A DNA stretch of 14,870 bases. It comes from a bacterium (lineage in GTDB: Bacteria > UBA6262 > WVXT01). Both the position numbers and the translations under genes were made by a program. The notes below the pieces were generated by a model. The model made no database searches and had not been told where the DNA came from. It saw only the letters and a list, made by a program, of their open reading frames with translations. Positions 1-7,700 of this stretch are shown piece after piece. The stretch lies in contig JBHIBS010000035.1 of assembly GCA_046759165.1 (NCBI GenBank), positions 1-14,870 of the forward strand. Reading direction: 5' to 3'. Positions within the stretch are counted from its first letter, which is position 1. The number at the start of each line of letters is the position of its first letter.

Positions 1-68
1 CTCTAAACGGAGCAAAACCTTCTAATGGGGTTTACATTAAACTATTTCATTTTTAAAAGGAGGTTGTT

Positions 69-1022
69 ATGAAATTTGTAACTTTTGAAGTGGAGGGAAG
101 GTTAAGAATTGGAGTGGTTGTGGAAAAAAATGTGATAGACCTGAATGCAGGATATATCAGCTATTTATCGAAGGTTAAAAAGGTTACCAATGCGGAAGAG
201 ATTGCCTGCGAGACTGTTCCCCTTTCCATGGTCGAATTTATTGCAGTTGGAGAGCCTGCGCTTAAAGCTGCTAAAGAAATAATTTCTTATGTTGAAAGTC
301 AGAAATTCAATTTGCCGGGTGCTGTTTTTCCCTTGGAAAAAGTGAAATTGAAAGCCCCCATTCCCAAACCCCCCAAGATAGTCTGTATTGGCATAAATTA
401 CGAGGATTATCGCCAGCAGCTGGGTTATCCCAAGCCCGAAGTTCCAGTCTTTTTTATCAGAGCCCAATCTACGGTGATAGGTCCCGATGAGCCCATCATT
501 ATACCGAAAGGAGGGAAATGGCCCGGGACATCTTCCAAATGTCTTTTCCAGGAGTGGGAGTTCACTGCAGTAATCGGGAAGAAGGGTAAACATATTCCCA
601 AAGAGAAAGCATATGATCATATTTTTGGTTATACGATGCTTGTCGATGTGACAGCTCATGATATAGAAATGATTCAGCCAGGGCATGTAATGTACCAGCA
701 GAGGTGCAAGGCGTTCGATAGTTTTTGCCCCATAGGTCCCTGGATTGTGACAAAGGATGAAGTTCCTGATCCCCATAATGTAAAAATGATTAGAAGGAGA
801 AACGGCAAAGTTGAGTGCGAGTCGAGCACAAAGAATTTAATTTTCAAGATACCAGAAATTCTCGAATTCTTGAGCGAAATTATGACCTTAGAGCCTGGAG
901 ACGTGTTTACCACAGCCAGCCCTCCAGCAGGCCCTGAAGAAGGGCTTCAGCCGGGCGACGTGATTGAGTCTATTGCTGAGGGAATAGTAAATTTGAGAAA
1001 CCCTGTTATCTTAGAGGAATAA
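69..1022 (+). CDS. Fumarylacetoacetate hydrolase (FAH) superfamily protein with N-terminal extension
   Basis: 317 aa. RBS AAGGAGG at 57-63. FAH-family pattern: KLKAPIPKPPKIVCIGINY, VIGPDEPI, ExE..VIGK.G..I, GYT...DVTA.D, KAFDSFCPIGPWIVT.DE, LEPGDV. Confidence 0.9.
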   Translation: MKFVTFEVEGRLRIGVVVEKNVIDLNAGYISYLSKVKKVTNAEEIACETVPLSMVEFIAVGEPALKAAKEIISYVESQKFNLPGAVFPLEKVKLKAPIPKPPKIVCIGINYEDYRQQLGYPKPEVPVFFIRAQSTVIGPDEPIIIPKGGKWPGTSSKCLFQEWEFTAVIGKKGKHIPKEKAYDHIFGYTMLVDVTAHDIEMIQPGHVMYQQRCKAFDSFCPIGPWIVTKDEVPDPHNVKMIRRRNGKVECESSTKNLIFKIPEILEFLSEIMTLEPGDVFTTASPPAGPEEGLQPGDVIESIAEGIVNLRNPVILEE

Positions 1023-1120
1023 TTACACAAAAGAAGTCCTGCTGAACAATAAATCTCACCACATTTTTTCCTATCTCAGAACTTCGCATCAACCGAATTG
1101 GCCTACACAAGGACCACTAA

Positions 1121-3457
1121 ATGAGGAAACTTGTTTTCACGCCGCTCATCTTAAGTGTAATCGGATATATTTTGGGAATTCTTCTTGGCAATTTCTTCAT
1201 AGGAGCTAAATATTTCTGGTTTTTAATATTCTCTTTATCTCTTTTCGTCCTGGCTTCAGCCTTATATTTTATTCTTCAGCGAAATCCTGGAAACATCGCT
1301 TTAATCTTTTCCATTTTAGCGTTCTTCTTTTTGGGAATTGCCCGCTATTGGGGAGCCGGTCTCCTCCCTCCCGATGAGATAAGCCGCTACATTTCTTTTC
1401 AAACTCCCAAGAGAAATCGGCTTACTGGCGTTGTGGTTTCAATTCCTAAGAAGTTACCGGAAAGGATCGATTTTGTTTTAGCTTGCGAGGGATTAACCAC
1501 TGATGAGAGAGAGATAGAAGTAACGGGAAAAACGCAAGTCTTTCTCTACACTTCTGAACCAATCAAGATAAATTACGGAGACCACGTGAGCGTCTCAGGC
1601 AGACTTTCTTTCCCCCCTGTTTCAGCTAATCCAGGCCTATTCGACTATCGAAAATATTTAAGCTATCGGAATGTCCATTCGCTCTTTTCCGTATACAGAA
1701 GAGAAGATATTCAAAGAATGGGACTAGCAAGAATAGGCATTTTCCGTTCAGTTATTTCAAAAATTCGGCAGAAAATAAATTCTGTCATTAAGAGCACCCT
1801 TCCTCAATTGGAGTCTTCAATTCTTGCGGGAGTGATGCTGGGAGAGAGGACTGCTTTATCCAGAAAGATTAAAGGGATATTTGCTGATGCTGGGGTGCTC
1901 CATACATTGGCTGTAAGCGGGCTGCACGTTGGGTTAGTCCTTTTCATATTTTATGCCTTCTTTCGGGGATTGGGAATCCCGAAAAGGGCGACCTATTTTT
2001 TAACAATATTTGTGGTTATTCTATATGCTCAAGTGGCTGGTGGTCGTCCCTCTGCAATAAGGGCATCGATTATGGCTACCTGTGGGCTGGTGGCAGTTCT
2101 TCTGGAGCGGGATAAGCATCTATATAATAGTTTGGCTCTCGCTGCTTTGATTATTCTACTCCTTAATCCCTTTACCCTATTCGATGTTGGGTTTCAGCTA
2201 TCATTCATGGCAACCTTAGGGATCCTATATCTTACTCCCTACTTCCAGAGCTATTTTCGTTTCAGTAAGTCCCACAGGCTCCTTACTTACCCTTTAACTT
2301 CGCTGGCAGTCTCTGCCGGAGCATTAATTGGTGTTTATCCCATAATTGCCTTCTACTTTAATAAAATTTCCCTAGTGGCTCTGATCTCGAACATTCTGGT
2401 TATTCCTCAGGTTGCTGTAATCATAGCCCTGGGATTTGCCGCATCAATAGTGGGTCTTTTCTCATTGGGGCTTGCTCATGCCATTAGCACAATAAACAGT
2501 CTATTCATAATTATTCTAATCAGATGTATTGGATTTTTTGCTTCATTACCCTTCTCCTTTAAATACGTAGTGAGTCCTCCTCTTATATTTATGTTGGCTT
2601 ACTACCTTTTCTTCACCTTTTTGCCGAAATTAAAATCTTCCGGCTTCCCTCGCAGGCTCCTTCTCTTTTTACCTCTTCTTTTCTTATTTTCAATAGCTGG
2701 AAGAAAAATATTCCCTTCCGATAAGCTATCGATTACTTTTCTCGCAGTGGGACAGGGAGATGCGATCCACCTCAGACTGCCTGACAGGAGAGACATATTA
2801 ATAGACGGGGGCGGCGTGCTAGGAAAATTTGATATAGGTGAGAAAGTGGTAATTCCTTATCTATTGAAAAATGGCGTCTCTAAGATAGATACTATCTTTT
2901 TGACTCACCCCCATTATAACCATGTAGGGGGTCTAATTCCCGTTTTGAAAAAATTTAAAGTAAAAAGAATATACTATAATGGGCAAAATTACAATGACGA
3001 TCTTCTTGAGGGATTCCTTCAGATTATTAGAAAGAAGAGGATTCCCTTGAAATATATAGTTTATGATGAAAAAGTTGAATATAATGGTATAAAATTTCAC
3101 ATCCTGAGTCCGAGAATTATGAGAAAAAATATTGACAGTAATTCTTTGGTTATGAAGTTGAGCTACGGAAATTTTAGAATCCTATTCACAGGAGATATCG
3201 ATTATAAGGTCCAGGAAGAGTCAAGCAGAGAAGATATTGAAAGCGATATTCTGCAGATACCTAATCATGGTACAGGCCTGATATCTCCAAAATTTTTATA
3301 TAAAGTGGCACCCAAATATGGTATAATATCAACGAAGTTCCAGGTCAGAAAATTGGAAGAAAAGTATAGCAAGATAAAATTTTTCTCTACTTCTAAGAAT
3401 GGGGCTATTTTGATAAGAACTGATGGCAAGTCATTCGAGATAGAACCAATGAGATAG
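1121..3457 (+). CDS. comEC: DNA internalization competence protein ComEC/Rec2 (OB-like + Competence + beta-lactamase-like domains)
   Basis: 778 aa polytopic membrane protein. NPGLFDY, G..H.LAVSGLHV, PSAIRA, GFQLSF.AT, N.L.IP and VGQGDA motifs, followed by a C-terminal MBL-fold region (LIDGG, THPH.., NSLV, LFTGD). AAGGA at 1109-1113. Confidence 0.95.
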   Translation: MRKLVFTPLILSVIGYILGILLGNFFIGAKYFWFLIFSLSLFVLASALYFILQRNPGNIALIFSILAFFFLGIARYWGAGLLPPDEISRYISFQTPKRNRLTGVVVSIPKKLPERIDFVLACEGLTTDEREIEVTGKTQVFLYTSEPIKINYGDHVSVSGRLSFPPVSANPGLFDYRKYLSYRNVHSLFSVYRREDIQRMGLARIGIFRSVISKIRQKINSVIKSTLPQLESSILAGVMLGERTALSRKIKGIFADAGVLHTLAVSGLHVGLVLFIFYAFFRGLGIPKRATYFLTIFVVILYAQVAGGRPSAIRASIMATCGLVAVLLERDKHLYNSLALAALIILLLNPFTLFDVGFQLSFMATLGILYLTPYFQSYFRFSKSHRLLTYPLTSLAVSAGALIGVYPIIAFYFNKISLVALISNILVIPQVAVIIALGFAASIVGLFSLGLAHAISTINSLFIIILIRCIGFFASLPFSFKYVVSPPLIFMLAYYLFFTFLPKLKSSGFPRRLLLFLPLLFLFSIAGRKIFPSDKLSITFLAVGQGDAIHLRLPDRRDILIDGGGVLGKFDIGEKVVIPYLLKNGVSKIDTIFLTHPHYNHVGGLIPVLKKFKVKRIYYNGQNYNDDLLEGFLQIIRKKRIPLKYIVYDEKVEYNGIKFHILSPRIMRKNIDSNSLVMKLSYGNFRILFTGDIDYKVQEESSREDIESDILQIPNHGTGLISPKFLYKVAPKYGIISTKFQVRKLEEKYSKIKFFSTSKNGAILIRTDGKSFEIEPMR

Positions 3458-3465
3458 GGGGAGCA

Positions 3466-4257
3466 TTGAAAAAATTGTTAGTAATAAAGATTGGTGGGAA
3501 ACTTTTGAGAGGGGCGGTGATAGATAGCCACCTCGGAAATGTTATCTCGCTGGCAAAGGGAGTAAAACATCCAATCATCGTTCATGGCGGCGGGCTGGAA
3601 ATTACTGAAAAGTTGGATATTTTAGGTAAGAAGACGAGATTTATCAAAGGACAGAGGTACACGGATGGCGAAAGTCTGGAAATTGCGGAAATGGTTCTGG
3701 CAGGGATAAATCGGAGGATAGTGGGAAGGATCAATCTTTTAAGGGGGAAGGCTGTCGGCATTTCAGGCAAGGATGCTTTTTTAGTGGAAGCAAAGAAGCT
3801 AGAAGGAAAACACGATCTGGGATATGTGGCTGAAGTGGAGAGAGTAAATCCTGAAATTCTATACATCCTTTTGGATAACGGTTTCATTCCGGTTATCTCT
3901 CCTATGGCTATGGATAGAAGAGGGGTCACCTATAACATTAATGCCGATATCTTTGCGGCCCAGTTTTCAGCTAATGTTGGAGCAGAGCGGTTAATCTTCT
4001 TAACCGATGTGCCGGGGATTCTGAAAGAACCCAAAGATGAGAAGTCTGTAATTGAAGAGATAAGAATAGAGGAGGTTGAGGAGCTCGTAAAAAAGGGGAC
4101 CATTAGTGAAGGAATGATTCCCAAGATAAGTTCCTGTGTTGAGGCGCTGGGCAAAGGTGTAAAGGAGATAGATATCCTTGATGGTCGAAAACAGGACGCT
4201 CTTTTGCCTCTCATTGATGAACAGATGAAATTGGGAGGAACGAAGATTAAAAGATAG
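3466..4257 (+). CDS. argB: Acetylglutamate kinase
   Basis: TTG start 8 nt after the comEC stop, preceded by GGGGGAG. Motifs VIKIGG, VHGGG, G.R.TD, GISGKD, IPVISP, YNINAD, LTDVPG, GMIPK. arg genes lie downstream. Confidence 0.92.
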   Translation: MKKLLVIKIGGKLLRGAVIDSHLGNVISLAKGVKHPIIVHGGGLEITEKLDILGKKTRFIKGQRYTDGESLEIAEMVLAGINRRIVGRINLLRGKAVGISGKDAFLVEAKKLEGKHDLGYVAEVERVNPEILYILLDNGFIPVISPMAMDRRGVTYNINADIFAAQFSANVGAERLIFLTDVPGILKEPKDEKSVIEEIRIEEVEELVKKGTISEGMIPKISSCVEALGKGVKEIDILDGRKQDALLPLIDEQMKLGGTKIKR

Positions 4258-4320
4258 TTTGCTCATAGCCGAGGAATTTCTTAACGCCAAAAAAACTTTA
4301 GACTCTGCAGGGCGCAAAAA

Positions 4321-4528
4321 TAAACTCCCGATAAATCGGGGTCGAACAAATTTTTGCTTGAAAAGAAAATAAGTCGTCCTCGTTTTTTGGCCAAAATTCC
4401 AAAATGTCTTCACAAACTATCTTTTAAATATAGGGAGTGGCAGAGTGACCGCCCCATTTTGTCGGGGTAAACTGCGGGGCGACACGAAATTTATCCCGAT
4501 GTATCGGGACGGTCGCCTGAACTCTGCT
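4321..4528. repeat. Cluster of short palindromes (CCCGAT-NN-ATCGGG family) and a nested inverted-repeat structure
   Basis: CCCGAT-AA-ATCGGG at 4327-4340 and TCCCGAT-GT-ATCGGGA at 4494-4509, plus a degenerate inverted copy at 4452-4472. Enclosing arms GCAGAGT 4440-4446 / ACTCTGC 4521-4527 and GACCG 4447-4451 / CGGTC 4510-4514. Confidence 0.7.
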
Positions 4529-4544
4529 AAACCCGTGGTGGTCT

Positions 4545-5250
4545 ATAACGGAATATTCAGTCGTGATTCCTGTTTATGATGAGAGTGATAATCTCAAGAT
4601 TTTATTGAAGTCCCTCACTGAGGTTATAGATTCGCTTGGGAAAGAGTATGAGGTAATCTGTGTGAATGATGGAAGCAGGGATGGGAGTGATGAAGTCCTC
4701 AGGGCTGTAAAGAGAAAATATACACGGCTGAGGGTAGTGGAATTCGAAAGCAATTGCGGTTTGACAGCTGCTCTGGATGCTGGATTCTCAAGGCGAAAGA
4801 AGATATTGTAATTACTTTGGATGCCGATATGCAAAACGATCCTAGGGATATTCCTGAGCTTCTTAAACAGACAGGAGATTATGACGTGGTCTGTGGGGTC
4901 CGAACTGGAAGGCATGCCCCCCCTGGTTAAGAATTGTATCTTCCAGAATAGCCAATTATATCCAAAATAAGGTAACTGGAGAGAGCATCGCTGACGTGGG
5001 CTGCACCCTCAGAGCCTATAGGAGGAAGTTCTTATCGAGACTGAAACTTTTTGACGGAATGCATCGATTCCTCCCCACTCTCCTGAAAATGGAAGGAGCT
5101 AAGATCGTAGAGGTGGAAGTCAACCACCATCCCCGACTTTACGGAAAGACAAAGTACGGTGTCTGGAATCGGGTCTTTAAATCGTTTGTAGACCTGTTAG
5201 CAGTGGTCTGGATGAAGAAGAGGAAGCTAAATTATAGAATTAAGGTGTAA
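4545..5250 (+). pseudogene. Glycosyltransferase family 2 (ArnC / dolichol-phosphate mannose synthase-like), two frameshifts
   Basis: Three frames join into one GT2: EYSVVIPVYDE...VNDGSRDGS...NCGLTAALDAGF | AKEDIVITLDADMQNDPRDIP...YDVVCGVR | WLRIVSSRIAN...DVGCTLRAYRR...GMHRFLP...NHHPR.YGKTKYG. Shifts at about 4788-4793 and in the C7 run at 4917-4923. The 5' end is uncertain; ATA at 4545 may be a decayed ATG. Confidence 0.9.
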
Positions 5251-5252
5251 AT

Positions 5253-5516
5253 ATGGACTTCTAGTTAGCACTGGGGCTATTTGCTCAAGGGCTCTTTTTT
5301 ATGAGGTTTCTTTTTTAATGAACTGCATCGGAAAGAAGAAAAGAGAGTTACATTCCCAATATTTTCTGGTTCTTCAGCCTCTCGGGCGGCCTTCTCCTTC
5401 TCGCTTATGCCATCCACAGGAAGGACCCGGTATTTATTCTGGGACAGTCCGTTGGTTCCTTTATTTATCTCAGAAATATAATTCTAATTTATGGGAAGAA
5501 ACCGAAGCAAGCCTGA
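5253..5516 (+). pseudogene. Lipid A biosynthesis N-terminal domain (LAB_N-like) small membrane protein, three in-frame stops
   Basis: Manual translation from ATG 5253: MDF*LALGLFAQGLFFMRFLF**TASERRKESYIPNIFWFFSLSGGLLLLAYAIHRKDPVFILGQSVGSFIYLRNIILIYGKKPKQA*. This matches the family pattern G..AQ..F..RF..QW..SE....S..P..FW..S..GG...L.YA....DPVFI.GQ......Y.RN. Stops at 5262 (TAG), 5316 (TAA) and 5319 (TGA). Not in the ORF track. Confidence 0.85.
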
Positions 5517-5529
5517 GCGGGAAACGCTG

Positions 5530-7284
5530 ATGAATTTAAAAATAGGAGTATTGAAATTTATTAAAGGGAAGGAAATATATATCATTCTTGCTTTATCATC
5601 TTTTCTTCTATTTTCCTTCGGTCTTTCTGAGATAACTACTTATCAGAGTGATGAGACTTACTACCTCAGTTACGGCTTAAGCATGGTTAAAAGCGGCGAT
5701 TGGATAACGCCAGTCTTTGAGGGGCGGGAATTCGCGTTTCAGAAGCCCATATTATTCTATTGGCTTGTTGCTCTTTCTTTCAAGGTTTTTGGAGTTAACA
5801 TATTTTCCGGACGCTTGCCATCTGTTATTTTTGCCACTTCAGGTATACTACTCATTTACTATTTCTCGCTGATTCTTTTCGGTAATTACAAGGGAGCACT
5901 CTTCTCCTCACTTGCCCTACTTTCCAGTTCGCTCTATTTCCTTGATGCGCGAGCCGCAAGGACCGATATGCTACTCACTTTTTTTATAACCCTTTCAATG
6001 CTCTTTTTTGCGATAGGTTTTTTTGGAGAAAAGAATCGGCGTTCGTATTTTGTTTTCTCCTTTATAGCCATGGGGCTTGCTACTATGACCAAAGGTCCTC
6101 CTGGTTTTTTGATTCCTTTCACGTCTATAGTAATATTCTTGTTGGCTTTTCCAAAGAATAGATTAGCTTTAAGAGATATGTTCACTCCCTGGCCATTTGT
6201 TTTTTTTCTATTGATAGTAGTTCCCTGGCCCCTGACAATGTATATTCTTCATGGAAATAGATTTATAAGTTGCTTCTTTTTTGAGGAATTAGTTCGTAAG
6301 GTCGACAGGTCTTCAATAGATCTCGTTTCGAACATCGGCTACTATTTGGGTACAATGGTAAGACATTTTTTTCCCTGGTCAATTTTCCTCCTGATTGGTA
6401 TTCTGTCAGCTAAAAGAAAGGAGAATAATAGAAACAAGATTCTATTTCTATTTCTCTGGTTAGCCGTAACGTTTGGTATCTTTACTTTTTTCCTTTCGCC
6501 TCGCCATTCCAGATACTTGCTTCCCCTCTCCCCAGCTTTGGCGCTTCTCACAGGAGAGTATCTGGTGAGAATTGAGAAGCAAGGTGCTTTCAGGAATAGA
6601 ATTTTCAGATTAATGGTCCTATCTATTTTATCATTGTTTGTAGTTTTAGCTTTTGTTCTCGTCTTTTTAACTTCTACTATCTATTCCTTTGGGATTTATG
6701 GGTTCATATTTTCCATATTGGCATTAACAGTTTTACTGGGTGGGAGTATTCTTCTTGGAAAATTCTATAAGAGGCAAATCTTCTCTCCAATTCCACCGAC
6801 AATAGCTTGCACAATGGCAACAGTTGCTTTTATCTTTATTGGAGGGATTATCCCCTCAACAACACCTGACCCCTGGAGAGAGCTGAGCTTGAAATACCTT
6901 AAGGGAGTTGGAGCGGAAGACAGGGTTATCACCATAGGAATGGATAGAGGGCCGAGGGTTTGGTTAACTATCTACACTTCCCGATTATTGGATGGGATAT
7001 ATTATGGAGACGAGATAGATTCGGCTTACGATTATCTGGAAAAGGAAAAGGCATCACCGAAGACTCTCTTTGTCATCTTGCCTGCTTCTGAGTATAAGAG
7101 ACTTCCGGAGAACTTAAAGCAAGATTATTCCATAAAGGGGAGAAGTTTTTCCTATGATTTTAAAGGGGAAAAAATTTCAAAAGAGATTTTTAGGGCAATT
7201 CGGGAAGGCAGATTAAGGTCTTTTTTGGGTAAATATAGAAAATACTTCTTTGTATTAACAAATAGAAAAGACGAGTCAGGGTAA
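5530..7284 (+). CDS. ArnT-like / GT39 (PMT_2-type) GT-C membrane glycosyltransferase
   Basis: Intact polytopic ORF with SDETYY, GDWITP, KPILFYW, GRLPS, TDMLLTFF, LATMTKGP, FFPWS and RYLLPLSP motifs. The ORF track starts at 5491, inside the upstream pseudogene; ATG 5530 is more plausible. Confidence 0.88.
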   Translation: MNLKIGVLKFIKGKEIYIILALSSFLLFSFGLSEITTYQSDETYYLSYGLSMVKSGDWITPVFEGREFAFQKPILFYWLVALSFKVFGVNIFSGRLPSVIFATSGILLIYYFSLILFGNYKGALFSSLALLSSSLYFLDARAARTDMLLTFFITLSMLFFAIGFFGEKNRRSYFVFSFIAMGLATMTKGPPGFLIPFTSIVIFLLAFPKNRLALRDMFTPWPFVFFLLIVVPWPLTMYILHGNRFISCFFFEELVRKVDRSSIDLVSNIGYYLGTMVRHFFPWSIFLLIGILSAKRKENNRNKILFLFLWLAVTFGIFTFFLSPRHSRYLLPLSPALALLTGEYLVRIEKQGAFRNRIFRLMVLSILSLFVVLAFVLVFLTSTIYSFGIYGFIFSILALTVLLGGSILLGKFYKRQIFSPIPPTIACTMATVAFIFIGGIIPSTTPDPWRELSLKYLKGVGAEDRVITIGMDRGPRVWLTIYTSRLLDGIYYGDEIDSAYDYLEKEKASPKTLFVILPASEYKRLPENLKQDYSIKGRSFSYDFKGEKISKEIFRAIREGRLRSFLGKYRKYFFVLTNRKDESG

Positions 7285-7339
7285 GGTGGCTCGGGATCTG
7301 GTTCGCTCGCTGATAATTTTTTGCTCTTCAAGAACCGCC

Positions 7340-7579
7340 TGTCATTGTCAGCGAGTGAAAGGAGCGTGTAATCGACCCGAAGGTTCGTTGCGAAGGCGAA
7401 GCCCGTGGCAACCCGACGAAGTCGTTGCGAGCCCTGAAGGGGCGTGGCAATCTCTACAATAAAATGGGATTGCTTCCCCTTCGTTTCACTCAGGGTCGGA
7501 ATGACACTGCGTGTCAGATTGCTTCACTTCCTTCGCAATGACAATTCGTATCAAGTTGCTTCGCTTCTTGGCAATGACA
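7340..7579. repeat. Nested REP-like palindromic element: three left arms followed by three right arms
   Basis: Left arms (GTCRTTGCGA...GTGGCAATC-like) at 7340-7373, 7384-7413 and 7421-7454. Right arms (GATTGCTTC...GCAATGACA-like) at 7466-7506, 7516-7543 and 7553-7579. Confidence 0.85.
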
Positions 7580-7640
7580 TCTTTTCTTCGATTTTTGGCT
7601 AAAAATTCTAATGCTTGTTACATCAAATCCTCTCGCATTA

Positions 7641-7669
7641 TTGATATTTTTTTCTTTTTTTGGTATACT
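7641..7669 (+). promoter_or_regulatory. Sigma70/SigA-type promoter with extended -10, upstream of argD
   Basis: TTGATA (7641-7646), a 17-nt spacer, then TATACT (7664-7669), with TG at 7661-7662. It lies 31 nt upstream of ATG 7701. Confidence 0.7.
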
Positions 7670-7700
7670 GCTAAAGTAATTTTTATTTTGGGTAGAATTA

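Noticed and set aside
165..776. 203-aa minus-strand ORF and the other antisense or out-of-frame ORFs in the track
   Set aside because: They are shadows of well-supported + strand genes and have no recognisable motifs.
4000..4413. 137-aa minus-strand ORF
   Set aside because: Overlaps argB antisense and the palindromic spacer, with no family features.
4431..4530. RNase P RNA, tRNA or other housekeeping ncRNA
   Set aside because: No GAGGAAAGTCC motif, no TTCRA T-loop cloverleaf, and the length does not fit.
5253..5516. Stop-codon reassignment or readthrough as the explanation of the LAB_N stops
   Set aside because: All three stop types are involved, and intact genes in the window terminate normally with TAA, TAG and TGA.
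5318..5530. 70-aa ORF MNCIGKKK...
   Set aside because: Wrong frame of the LAB_N-like pseudogene.
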